64,000 bases of DNA from positions 682,001 through 746,000 of the forward strand of contig JAPDFW010000103.1 of NCBI GenBank assembly GCA_028826165.1. The letters run 5' to 3'. Every line of letters begins with the position of its first letter. Positions within the stretch are counted from its first letter, which is position 1. The notes below the pieces were generated by a model. It was not told where the DNA came from, did not search any database, and saw only the letters and a program-made list of their open reading frames with translations. A program made the position numbers and the translations under genes. The stretch comes from Anaeramoeba ignava BMAN (Eukaryota; Protista; Anaeramoebae). Below, one piece after another: positions 37,484-48,700 of this stretch.

Positions 37484-39262
37484 ATGAATGATTGTTTATT
37501 TTTTGGTGAAAATAATCTTGGTTTTATTTTCAAAAATGAACCAGATAAAATAACAAAACCAATTCAATTTAAATTTGAAAATGAAAATGAAAATGAAAAT
37601 GAAAAACAAATTAAACAAATTGCAACAGGTTATTTATCAACAATTTTCCTTTTTAAAAATGGAAAAGCAATAGAATATTTAAAAGATTCAAAACAAAATC
37701 CTTCAAAAATCCAAATTGAAAATATTCAAAAAGTTATAAGCAATTTCTATAGCAAAGCTATTTTAATAATAGAAGGAAATGTATTTGCCAAAGGAAAAGA
37801 TATTAATCCAAATAATACAAAAGAATTTATCAATATTTCATCATTAATTGAAGATATAAATGATAGAATAATTGAAGATATTGTTTCTGGAGATAATTCA
37901 ATTTACTTATTAACTTCAAATCAAAATGCTTATGGAATTGGAGATAATAAATTTGGTCAACTTGGTTTTGATACTAAAACACTTTATGAAACAAAAAAAC
38001 CAATTTTAATGATGAAAAATGTTTCTAAAATATTTTCAGGAAATTCTTCAATTCATGCTTTTCTTTTAAATTCAAATCAAGAATTATTTGGATCAGGATA
38101 TAATCAATTTGGTAAACTTGGATTAGGAGAATCAAGAAAAGAAGAAACAGAAATCCAAAAATTAACCAAAATCCAAAATATTCCAAAAGGTAAAATAATT
38201 GATATTCAATGTGGAGCTTCTCATTCAATAATGTTGATTGAAAATGAAAATGAAAATGAAAATCCAAAAAGAAAACTTTATTCATGTGGAAATTATCAAT
38301 ATAATGGACTTGGAAAAAATGAACATACTTATGAATTTACTGAAATTAAATCATCTTTATTTGAAAATGATTATATTATTGAAATTTCTGTTGGAAATGT
38401 TCATAATTTGGTTTTAACAGAAAAAGAGAAATTAATAGGATTTGGGAATAATTCTTTTGGTCAATTAGGAATTGGAGATACAAAATCTCAATTAATTCCA
38501 ATTCAAATTGAATTTCCTAAATTAAGATTTAATAAAAATATTTCTAATTATCATATTTCTTGTGGTTATTGGAATAATTCATTTCTTTATTATTCTCCTC
38601 TTTCTTTTTCCAATCTTGAAGAAGATTTGATAAATTTATTTAAAAGAAAAGAATTTTGTAATATTTCATTTAAAACAGAAAATGGAGAAATAATTGAAGC
38701 TCATAAATTAATATTGAAATATAGATTAAACCAAGATGAAAATCAAATTGAAAAACTTCAAGAAATTATTTCAAAAAAATCAATTAAAGAATCAAATCAA
38801 ATATTTGAGATGATTTATTCAAACAATTCCAAAATAAATCCAATATTATATTCTGAAATTAAAGAAATTATAAATTCCAATGAAAAAATTGAAGAAACAA
38901 TTAAAAGAATTTATTTAAATGAAAATGAAAATGAAAAAGATTTTATTATTGAAAGAAAAGAAAAACAATATAAATTTCCTAAATTAATATTAATGATGAG
39001 AAGTGAATTATATCGAGGAATGTTTTTATCTGTAACAGAAGATACTTCAAATAAAGTTACAGATTATAGTGAATTAAGTAATAAATCATTTCAAATATTT
39101 GAATATTGGATTTATTCAAATCAAATTAAAGAAGAAATTCAAATTACACAAGAAATCATCAATGAAATTAAAATTGGAATTGATTATTTTCAATTAAATC
39201 AAACAAATCCAAATTTATTTGATTTATTAATTAACAAATTTAATAATCAAAATCAAAATTAA
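37484..39262 (+). CDS. RCC1 propeller + tandem BTB protein
   Basis: Paralog of 30686 gene; GDNKFGQLG, CGASHS, GNNSFGQLG; no CaaX. Confidence 0.9.
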   Translation: MNDCLFFGENNLGFIFKNEPDKITKPIQFKFENENENENEKQIKQIATGYLSTIFLFKNGKAIEYLKDSKQNPSKIQIENIQKVISNFYSKAILIIEGNVFAKGKDINPNNTKEFINISSLIEDINDRIIEDIVSGDNSIYLLTSNQNAYGIGDNKFGQLGFDTKTLYETKKPILMMKNVSKIFSGNSSIHAFLLNSNQELFGSGYNQFGKLGLGESRKEETEIQKLTKIQNIPKGKIIDIQCGASHSIMLIENENENENPKRKLYSCGNYQYNGLGKNEHTYEFTEIKSSLFENDYIIEISVGNVHNLVLTEKEKLIGFGNNSFGQLGIGDTKSQLIPIQIEFPKLRFNKNISNYHISCGYWNNSFLYYSPLSFSNLEEDLINLFKRKEFCNISFKTENGEIIEAHKLILKYRLNQDENQIEKLQEIISKKSIKESNQIFEMIYSNNSKINPILYSEIKEIINSNEKIEETIKRIYLNENENEKDFIIERKEKQYKFPKLILMMRSELYRGMFLSVTEDTSNKVTDYSELSNKSFQIFEYWIYSNQIKEEIQITQEIINEIKIGIDYFQLNQTNPNLFDLLINKFNNQNQN

Positions 39263-39438
39263 AATTAAAATCAAAATCAAAATCAAAATCAAAATCAAAA
39301 TCAAAATTAAAATTAAATTTAAAATTAAAATTAAAATTAAAATTAAAATCAAAATCAAAAAATTATTGATCTTTTTTTGTTATTTTGTTTTGTTTTGTTT
39401 TGTTATTGAAAAAAAAAAGAATTTTGAATGAGTTTTGA

Positions 39439-41241
39439 TTAAAGGAAATAGGATTCAACTTCTTCAACTTGCCAAGAATTAAAAGAACCAGCTAAATAAC
39501 TTTTAGATTCATTTGTTCCATCTTGAATTCCATCAGGTAAATTATAATATAAACCAAAATCCGAATAACCAGGTTGTAATTTTTCATACAACCAAAAATC
39601 ACCACCTCCTCCAAAATTTGGACCATAAGCTGTACGATAATAAATAGCGAATTGTTCTTGACTTTTTCTGATTGTGTACTTGCCTGGTTTTCTATCATTT
39701 TTATCATTTCTCAATGAGAAAATAAATGCATTTGGATCAGGAATAAAACCATTAATTGCATTTTTATCTTTCTCTCTCCATTTTGATTTATCATTTGTCC
39801 ATCCAACTTGAGTAAAACCTCCAAAAATAAAATTATCTTTTGTTTTGATAATAACTAATGTTTTTCCTTTATTGTCAACTGTTTTATGCCAATCTTTGGA
39901 ATCAAATCCATCTCTTTTTGCTGAAAATCCCTTTTTCATTTTGGAAAGAAAATCATTATCGTTTATCCATTCTTGTAATTTCTTCATATCCTCAAGTTCT
40001 TTGACAATTTCTGAATCATGGAACCAAAATTTCAAATTAGATTCTCCAAAAGATGATTTCACATTCTCAAGTTCTTTCTGAAGATCCACAACTTGTTTTT
40101 GCCATTTATTCTCAATTTCGTTTTTCAAAGTGATATTCTCATCCTCTTTTTCCTTCGCATCTTTTTCTTTAGCTCCAATTTCTTTTTCCCATTTCTCATT
40201 AAATTCCTTCTTCAAATTTTCATTCACATCCATTTTCTCTTTGATTTGCTTTTTCAACTCTTCGTTATCATTTTCTTTCTGTTCAATTTCCTTCTTCAAA
40301 GTTTGGTTCTCTTCGTCTTTGAGATTGATTTGGCTTTCTCTCTCTTTCATTTCATTTTCCTTCTTTTCCTTTTCTTGTTGCCATTCGGCTTGCATTTCTT
40401 TGATTTTCATTTCATTATCTTTTTGGAGACTGTCAACCTTCTTTTCATTCAATTCAATTATTGATTTTTGGATTGTGATCAAAAAAGTTTTTGGAAAAGT
40501 ATTAAAATTCTGTAATTTTTCAAAATCTTCTTTGGAAACCGAATCCTTATCAAATCGGGAAAAGAAAAATCGGAAAAATCTCTTTCTTTCAAATGCTCTT
40601 TGTTCTTTTTGGTTGGGAAGTTGATCTAGTTTTTTTTCTGTCCAACGATTCAAAAAATCGAAAAAATCAAGATCAAAAGTATCATTGTTTTCCTGTTTTT
40701 TTTCAATGAAAATCCCCATTTCTTTTTCATTTAAATTCATCAAATATTCTTTGATTTCTGTGAAATTTTCCCGAATAAAATTCCAACATTTATTCTCAAT
40801 TTCTTGTGATTTCAAAAACCGATTTTTGATCAACAATTCCAAAAAACTATCTTTATTCACATTCTCAATTATTTCTTTTTCCAAAATGCGAGTGAGTAAA
40901 TTGATTTCAAAACAAATGGAAATTTCAAAAAGTTCCAAAATATATTTTTCATTTAGAAAAGAAATATCGCCTAAATAAATATAATCCAAAATGGTTTTCA
41001 TTGCAACTCGATTGAATTGTTCAAAATAAATCTGATTTATATTTTTCTTCAAATATTTTTTGAAAAATCCTGTTCTGACTGATAAAATTGATTTGTGAAC
41101 TTGAAATTTAAATCTATTTTCTGGATTCCCAACAAAAATGGAGAAGTCTTGGTATGTATTATCTTGATAAAGGTGTGTGTAATCTTGAAATAAGTTTTCT
41201 TTAACTTGCTTTAAATCTTGTTCATTTGTGTTTTCATTCAT
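39439..41241 (-). CDS. BTB-coiled-coil-TLDc protein
   Basis: BTB FQVHKSILSVRTGFF; central E/K coiled coil; TLDc GFSAKRDGFD…DNKGKTLVIIKT…IFGGFT…GPNFGGG…VEEVESY. Confidence 0.9.
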   Translation of the reverse strand: MNENTNEQDLKQVKENLFQDYTHLYQDNTYQDFSIFVGNPENRFKFQVHKSILSVRTGFFKKYLKKNINQIYFEQFNRVAMKTILDYIYLGDISFLNEKYILELFEISICFEINLLTRILEKEIIENVNKDSFLELLIKNRFLKSQEIENKCWNFIRENFTEIKEYLMNLNEKEMGIFIEKKQENNDTFDLDFFDFLNRWTEKKLDQLPNQKEQRAFERKRFFRFFFSRFDKDSVSKEDFEKLQNFNTFPKTFLITIQKSIIELNEKKVDSLQKDNEMKIKEMQAEWQQEKEKKENEMKERESQINLKDEENQTLKKEIEQKENDNEELKKQIKEKMDVNENLKKEFNEKWEKEIGAKEKDAKEKEDENITLKNEIENKWQKQVVDLQKELENVKSSFGESNLKFWFHDSEIVKELEDMKKLQEWINDNDFLSKMKKGFSAKRDGFDSKDWHKTVDNKGKTLVIIKTKDNFIFGGFTQVGWTNDKSKWREKDKNAINGFIPDPNAFIFSLRNDKNDRKPGKYTIRKSQEQFAIYYRTAYGPNFGGGGDFWLYEKLQPGYSDFGLYYNLPDGIQDGTNESKSYLAGSFNSWQVEEVESYFL

Positions 41242-41274
41242 TTTTTCTCAATTAAAAGAAATAAAAAAATGAAA

Positions 41275-41808
41275 AAAATAAAAACATATTTGATTTAATA
41301 TTTAATTTAGAAATTAATTTATAAATATAATTTAATATTCAATTTTATTATTAAAATAATAATTTAATGTTTTAAATTTAAATATTTTCTCATTTCAAAT
41401 ATTAAACATATAAATATAAAAAATAAAAACATATTTAATTTAATATTTAATTTAGAAATTAATTTAAAAATATAATTTAATATTCAATTTTATTATTAAA
41501 ATAATAATTTAATGTTTTAGATTTAAATATTTTCTCATTTCAAATATTAAATATATAAATATAAAAATAAAAACATATTTAATTTAATATTTAATTTAGA
41601 AATTAATTTATAAATATAATTTAATATTTAATTTTATTATTAAAATAATAATTTAATGTTTTAGATTTAAATATTTTCTCATTTCAAATATTAAACATAT
41701 AAATATAAAAAATAAAAACATATTTAATTTAATATTTAATTTAGGAATTAATTTATAAATATAATTTAATATTCAATTTTATTATTAAAATAATAATTTA
41801 ATGTTTTA
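41275..41808. repeat. ~145-bp tandem repeat, ~3.7 copies, in a divergent promoter region
   Basis: AAAACATATT anchors at 41281, 41426, 41570 and 41715. Confidence 0.92.
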
Positions 41809-41867
41809 AAAGATCAAAATTAAAATTAAAATTAAAATTCATTTTTTCATTTTTTTTCTTTTTAAAA

Positions 41868-43643
41868 ATGAATGAAATTTTATTTTTTGGTTTAAATCAT
41901 TATCCAAAACTTATAAAAGATGAACCATATAAAATAACAAAACCAATTCAATTTAAATTTGAAAATGAAAATGAAAATGAAAATGAAAAACAAATTAAAC
42001 AAATTGCCTCAAGTGATTTTTCAACAATTTTCCTTTTTGAAAATGGAAAAGCAATAGAATATTTAAATGAAGAAGATTCAAATCAAAATCCTGAAAAAAT
42101 CCAAATTGAAGAAAATATTCAAAAAGTAACTGTTGGTTTTGATGATGAAGCTATTTTAACAATAGAAGGAAATGTATTTGCCAAAGGAAAAGATATTAAT
42201 CCAAATAATACAAAAGAATTTATCAATATTTCATCATTAATTGAAGATACAAATGATAGAGTAATTCAAGATATTGTTTCTGGATATTATTCAATTTACT
42301 TATTAACTTCAAATCAAAATGTTTATGGAATTGGTTCAAATTATTATGGTCAACTTGGTTTTGATTCTAAAACACTTGAAAAAACAAAAAAACCAATTTT
42401 AATGATGAAAAATGTTTCTAAAATATTTTCAGGAATTTCTTCAACATCTGTTTTTCTTTTAAATTCAAATCAAGAATTATTTGTATGTGGTGATAATGAA
42501 TATGGTCAACTTGGATTAGGAGAATCAAGAAAAGAAGAAACAAATATCCAAAAATTAAACAAAATCCAAAATATTCCAAAAGGCAAAATAATTGATATTC
42601 AATGTGGAAATTATCATTCAATAATGTTGATTGAAAATGAAGATGAAAATCAAAATCCAAAAAGAAAACTTTATTCAACTGGATTTGGGGAATATAATGG
42701 ACTTGGCAAAGACGAAGAAAGTTATGAATTTACTGAAATCAAATTATCTTTACTTGAGAATAATGATGATATTCTTGAAATTTCTGTTGGATTCAATAAT
42801 ACTTTGATTTTAACTTCCAATCCGAAATTAATAGGATTTGGAAATAATAGATATGGTCAATTAGGAACTGGAGATACAAATATGCAATATATTCCTATTC
42901 AAATTGAACTTCCTAAATTAAGATTTAATGGAGATATTTCTAATTATCATGTTTCTTGTGGATTTAACAGATCATTTCTTTATTATTCTTCTCCTCCTTT
43001 TTCCAATCTTGAAGAAGATTTGATAAAATTATTTAGAAGAAAAGAATTTTGTGATATTTCATTTAAAATCAAAAATGGAGAAATAATTGAAGCTCATAAA
43101 TTAATATTGAAATATAGATTAAATCAAAATCAAAATCAAATTGAAAAACTTCAAGAAATTATTTCAAAAAAATCAATTAAAGAATCAAATCAAATATTTG
43201 AAATGATTTATTCAAATAATTCCAAAATAAATCCAAAATTATATTCTGAAATTAAAGAAATTATAAATTCAAATGAAAAAATTGAAGAAACAATGAAAAG
43301 AATTTATTTAAATGAAAATGAAAATGAAAAAGATTTTATAATTGAAAGAAAAGAAAAACAATATAAATTTCCTAAATTAATATTAATAATGAGAAGTGAA
43401 TTATATCGAGGAATGTTTTTATCTGTAACAAATGATACTTCAAATAAAGTTACAGATTATAGTGAATTAAGTAATAAATCATTTGAAATATTAGAATATT
43501 GGATTTATTCAAATCAAATTAAAAATGAAATTCAAATTACACAAGAAATAATTAATGAAATTCAAATTGGAATTGATTATTTTCAATTAAATCAAACAAA
43601 TCCAAATTTATTTGATTTATTAATTAACAAATTTAATAATTAA
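41868..43643 (+). CDS. RCC1 propeller + tandem BTB protein
   Basis: GSNYYGQLG, GDNEYGQLG, CGNYHS, GNNRYGQLG and the BTB module. Confidence 0.9.
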   Translation: MNEILFFGLNHYPKLIKDEPYKITKPIQFKFENENENENEKQIKQIASSDFSTIFLFENGKAIEYLNEEDSNQNPEKIQIEENIQKVTVGFDDEAILTIEGNVFAKGKDINPNNTKEFINISSLIEDTNDRVIQDIVSGYYSIYLLTSNQNVYGIGSNYYGQLGFDSKTLEKTKKPILMMKNVSKIFSGISSTSVFLLNSNQELFVCGDNEYGQLGLGESRKEETNIQKLNKIQNIPKGKIIDIQCGNYHSIMLIENEDENQNPKRKLYSTGFGEYNGLGKDEESYEFTEIKLSLLENNDDILEISVGFNNTLILTSNPKLIGFGNNRYGQLGTGDTNMQYIPIQIELPKLRFNGDISNYHVSCGFNRSFLYYSSPPFSNLEEDLIKLFRRKEFCDISFKIKNGEIIEAHKLILKYRLNQNQNQIEKLQEIISKKSIKESNQIFEMIYSNNSKINPKLYSEIKEIINSNEKIEETMKRIYLNENENEKDFIIERKEKQYKFPKLILIMRSELYRGMFLSVTNDTSNKVTDYSELSNKSFEILEYWIYSNQIKNEIQITQEIINEIQIGIDYFQLNQTNPNLFDLLINKFNN

Positions 43644-43735
43644 AATTGAGGTTTCGAATAAAATTCACGAGAACTAAAATCAAAAATAAATTCCAAAATG
43701 AAATTTTATTTTTTCATTTTTTTTCTTTTTCAAAA

Positions 43736-45505
43736 ATGAACGATTGTTTATTTTTTGGTGAAAATAATCTTGGTTTTATTTTCAAAAATGAACCAGATAA
43801 AATAACAAAACCAATTCAATTTAAATTTGAAAATGAAAATGAAAATGAAAATGAAAAACAAATTAAACAAATTGCTTCAAGTTATTTATCAACAATTTTC
43901 CTTTTTAAAAATGGAAAAGCAATAGAATATTTAAAAAATTCAAAACAAAATCCTGAAAAAATCCAAATTGAAGAAAATATTCAAAAAGTTATAAGCAATT
44001 TCTATAACAAAGCTATTTTAACAAAAGAAGGAAATGTATTTGCCAAAGGAAAAGATATTAATCCAGAAAATCCAAATGAATTTATCAATATTTCATCATT
44101 AATTGAAGATCCAAATGATAGAATAATTCAAGATATTGTTTCTGGTTCTTATTCATTTTACTTATTAACTTCAAATCAAAATGCTTATGGAATTGGTTCA
44201 AATATATTTGGTCAACTTGGTTTTGATCTTGAAAGACTTCAAAAAACAGAAAAACCAATTTTAATGATGAAAAATGTTTCTAAAATATTTCCAGGAATCA
44301 CTTCAAATCATGTTTTTCTTTTAAATTCAAATCAAGAATTATTTGGATCAGGATATAATCAATATGGTAAACTTGGATTAGGAGAATCAAAAAAACAAGA
44401 AACAAAAATCCAAAAATTAACCAAAATCCAAAATATTCCAAAAGGCAAAATAATTGATATTCAATGTGGGATTGCTCATTCAATAATGTTGATTGAAGAT
44501 GAAAATGAAAATGAAAATCCAAAAAGAAAACTTTATTCATGTGGAGATTATCGATATAATGGACTTGGAAAAAATGAAAATACTTATGAATTTACTGAAA
44601 TAAAATCATCTTTATTTGAAAATGATGATAATATTCTTGATTTTTCTGTTGGAAATGTTCATAATTTGGTTTTAACAGAAAAAGGGAAATTAATCGTATT
44701 TGGAAATAATTCTTTTGGTCAATTAGGAACTGGAGATACAAAACAACAATTAACTCCATTTCAAATTGAACTTCCTAAATTAAGATTTAATGAAGATATT
44801 TCTAATTATCATGTTTCTTGTGGTTATTGGAATAATTCATTTCTTTATTATTCTCCTCCTCCTTTTTCCAATCTTGAAGAAGATTTGATAAAATTATTTG
44901 AAATAAAAGAATTTTGTGATATTTCATTTAAAACCAAAAATGGAGAAATAATCAAAGCTCATAAATTAATATTGAAATATAGATTAAATCAAAATCAAAA
45001 CCAAATTGAAAAACTTCAAGAAATTATTTCAAATAAATCAATTAAAGAATCAAATCAAATATTTGAAATGATTTATTCAAACAGAAAAATAAATCCAAAA
45101 TTATATTCAGAAATTAAAGAAATTATAAATTCAAATGAAAAAATTGAAGAAACAATGAAAAGAATTTATTTAAATGAAAATGAAAATGAAAAAGATTTTA
45201 TAATTGAAAGAAAAGAAAAACAATATAAATTCCCCAAATTAATATTAATAATGAGAAGTGAATTATATCGAGGAATGTTTTTATCTGTAACAAATGATAC
45301 TTCAAATAAAGTTACAGATTATAGTGAATTAAGTAATAAATCATTTGAAATATTTGAATATTGGATTTATTCAAATCAAATTAAAAATGAAATTCAAATT
45401 ACACAAGAAATAATTAATGAAATTCAAATTGGAATTGATTATTTTCAATTAAATCAAACAAATCCAAATTTAATTGATTTATTAATTAACAAATTTAATA
45501 ATTAA
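43736..45505 (+). CDS. RCC1 propeller + tandem BTB protein
   Basis: The real start is ATG 43736 (MNDCLFFGENN, same as the 37484 gene) after a TCATTTT motif; the ORF-track start at 43646 is a TTG extension. Confidence 0.9.
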   Translation: MNDCLFFGENNLGFIFKNEPDKITKPIQFKFENENENENEKQIKQIASSYLSTIFLFKNGKAIEYLKNSKQNPEKIQIEENIQKVISNFYNKAILTKEGNVFAKGKDINPENPNEFINISSLIEDPNDRIIQDIVSGSYSFYLLTSNQNAYGIGSNIFGQLGFDLERLQKTEKPILMMKNVSKIFPGITSNHVFLLNSNQELFGSGYNQYGKLGLGESKKQETKIQKLTKIQNIPKGKIIDIQCGIAHSIMLIEDENENENPKRKLYSCGDYRYNGLGKNENTYEFTEIKSSLFENDDNILDFSVGNVHNLVLTEKGKLIVFGNNSFGQLGTGDTKQQLTPFQIELPKLRFNEDISNYHVSCGYWNNSFLYYSPPPFSNLEEDLIKLFEIKEFCDISFKTKNGEIIKAHKLILKYRLNQNQNQIEKLQEIISNKSIKESNQIFEMIYSNRKINPKLYSEIKEIINSNEKIEETMKRIYLNENENEKDFIIERKEKQYKFPKLILIMRSELYRGMFLSVTNDTSNKVTDYSELSNKSFEIFEYWIYSNQIKNEIQITQEIINEIQIGIDYFQLNQTNPNLIDLLINKFNN

Positions 45506-45716
45506 AATTAAAATTAAAATTAAAATTAAAATTAAAATCAAAATTAAATTCGAAAAAAGAAAATAATTTTTAAATTTTTTTTTAATGGAAAAAAAAAGAA
45601 AGAAAAAAAAAAACAAACCAAATTCTGAAGAAATTTTGTTTTTAAGAAGAATTTGGAATGATCAATCATCAAAAACAAATTTTTTTTTCTTTTTGGGAAT
45701 AATTTTGTTAAAATAA

Positions 45717-48700
45717 TTAAATCTTTTTTTCTTGAGTTTTTTGGTTGATTGAAGTATAATTTTCATCAAAAACAAGAAGTGGAGCATTTGCTGGTTTATG
45801 ATACTTAACAGTAAAAGAAGAAGCATCATTTAAAAGTTGTTTTGCTTTCTCAGGTTTTAAGAATTCAGCAATCCAATGAAGAGTTCTTGTTTGAGTTCTT
45901 TTAAAATCTCTTTGAAATTCATGAAAAACTCTTGGTAATAAAACCTAATTAAAATTAAAATTAAAATTAAAATTAAAATTAAAATTAAAATTAAAATTAA
46001 AATTAAAATTAAAATTAAAATTAAAATTAAAATTAAAATTAAAATTAAAATTAAAATTAAAATTAAAATTAAAATTAAAATTAAAATTAAAATTAAAATT
46101 AAAATCAAAATTAAAATTAAAATTAAAATTAAAATTAAAATTAAAATTAAAATTGGATAAAAAATTAAAATTAAATTTAAAATTAAAATTAAATTTAAAA
46201 TCAAAATCAAAATTAAAATTAAAATTAAAATTAATATTAAATTTAAAATCGAAATCAAAATTAAAATTAAAATTAAAATTAAAATCAAAATTAAAATTAA
46301 AATTAAAATTAAAATTAAAATTAAAATTAAAATCAAAATTAAAATTAAAATTAAAACCGGATAAAAAATTTAAATTTAAAATTACTTTTTTTCTTGTTGC
46401 TAAAATTTTAACTTGATTATTTAAGAAATTGGAAGTTGCATTTGCTAATTCTTGATAAAAAGTTTCTACATAAAGAACTCTTACAGGAAGTTTTTGAGCA
46501 TCAAAATTAACAAGAACAAAATGAAATCTTGGATCAACTGGAGAAACTGTATATTTAACTCTTTTATCTGTTTCTTTGAAATATTTACTTGTTATTTTTG
46601 TTCCTTTATCACGATTTCCTCTTAAAATTCCATTCTTAATGTCATCTAATGAATAAACTTCTCGACCAATTAAATACTTGCTGTTTTGCATAAATTTCTT
46701 CAGGAAATTTCTTTCTTGTGATATTCCATTTACTAATGCTGAATGAATCGATAAAACATTATAAATATTCACAAAAAATATGAATAACTGACTCCAAACC
46801 AATCCTTTTAATTTCACCTGTTTATTTTAATTATAAAATAAATATTAAATTAAATATTAAAATAAATATTAAATTAAATATTAAATTAAATATTAAAATA
46901 AATATTAAAATGATTATAAAATTATATATTAAAATAAATATTAAAATAAATATTAAAATAAATATTAAAATAAATATTAAATTAAATATTAAAATGATTA
47001 TTAAATTAAATATTAAATTAAATATTAAAATAAATATTAAATCAAATATTAAATTAAATATTAAAATAAATATTAAAATAGATATTAAATATTAACTTTT
47101 TGTAATCTTGTTGTTAATTGTGTAAATCTGCGAAATGGAATTGAATGTCGAATCAATTCACAATTAATTTCTTCTGTTGATATCGAATAATGTGCATTGA
47201 GTAAATCAATCAAATATTCTAGTAACTTTTGAGATAAGCGAATCGGATCACAAGTTTTATCTGGTGCATTTGAAGATAAATTTAAAATACTAGCATTTCT
47301 TTCTTTTGAAACTAAAACAGCCTAAAATTTTAAATTAATTATTGAATTAATTATTGAATTAATTATTAAATTAATTATTAAATTAATTATTGAATTAATT
47401 ATTAAATTAATTATTAAATTAATTATTAAATTAATTATTAAATTAATTATTGAATTGATTTTTGAATTAATTATTAAATTAATTATTGAATTAATTATTG
47501 AATTAATTATTGAATTAATTATTAAATTAATTATTGAATTAATTTTTGAATTAATTATTGAATTAATTATTAAATTAATTATTGAATTAATTATTAAATT
47601 AATTATTGAATTAATTATTGAATTAATTATTAAATTAATTATTGAATTAATTTTTGATTTGATTATTGAATTAATTATTGAATTAATTATTGAATTGATT
47701 ATTAAATTAATTATTGAATTGATTTTTGATTTGAAAAGAAATTAGATAATTTACTGTTTTTATAGATGAAAAAATACTATAATTTGCTCCTGCTGACATT
47801 TTCTCAATTAATTCTTGATAAAGTTTAGATTGTTTAAAAGGTTCAAATGAATTTTGTTCCATTAAAGTTAAAACAACTTCTTGAGCCTAATATAAAAATA
47901 ATTATTTGAATAATAAAATAAGATGAGAATAAAAATTTTTTTTGAAACAAAATCAAAAAGAAATACTATTGATTTACTTTATCAAATATTTCAATAGAAA
48001 TTTGGTCTGATTCAACAAGTTGAATAATTTCATTTCTAGTTCTAAAATCAATATTAATTTCAAATAGTGATTCTGGTTTGATATATTTTTCATAAATTGC
48101 TTTTGCTGTTCTTTGTCTTGTTTTTTGACTTCGAATTTTTCTGTATTCAATTGCGTCCATATAAAACATAATATTTTCTTGATTTAATTCTTGAGATAAA
48201 AATTCTTTGAAATAATCAACTGCTTGTGGAATTGTAATTAATTCATGAATTGTTTCAATTTCGTTTTGATTCTGATTTTAATTTTGAATTTCATTTTGAA
48301 TTTAATTTTAATTTTAATTTTAATTTCAATTTTAATTTTAATTTCAATTTTAATTTTAATTTTAATTTTATTTTTTAATTTTAATATTAATTTTTATTTT
48401 ATATTTTAATCATTTTTTTTACTTCTGATGTTCTTTTCACAATCATTTGTGATTTTTTTTTTGTTATAAGTTTTTCTCTTTTTGATTCTTTTTCAATTTG
48501 TTTTTCATTTTTATCTTGATCTAAATTTTGTAAATTTTCCATTGTTTTTGTATTTGAAATATTTTGAAAGTTTTCACTTGGTACAGTTTTAATAGGAGTT
48601 GTAAGATTACTAAATCCTGAATCCTATAAAACAAATTTTGATTTTTATTTTGATTTTAATTTTGATTTTAATTTTAATTTTAATTTTAATTTTAATTTTA

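Noticed and set aside
30686-45505. Diversity-generating retroelement behind the RCC1 variation
   Set aside because: No reverse transcriptase or template repeat is visible, and the differences are not adenine-specific.
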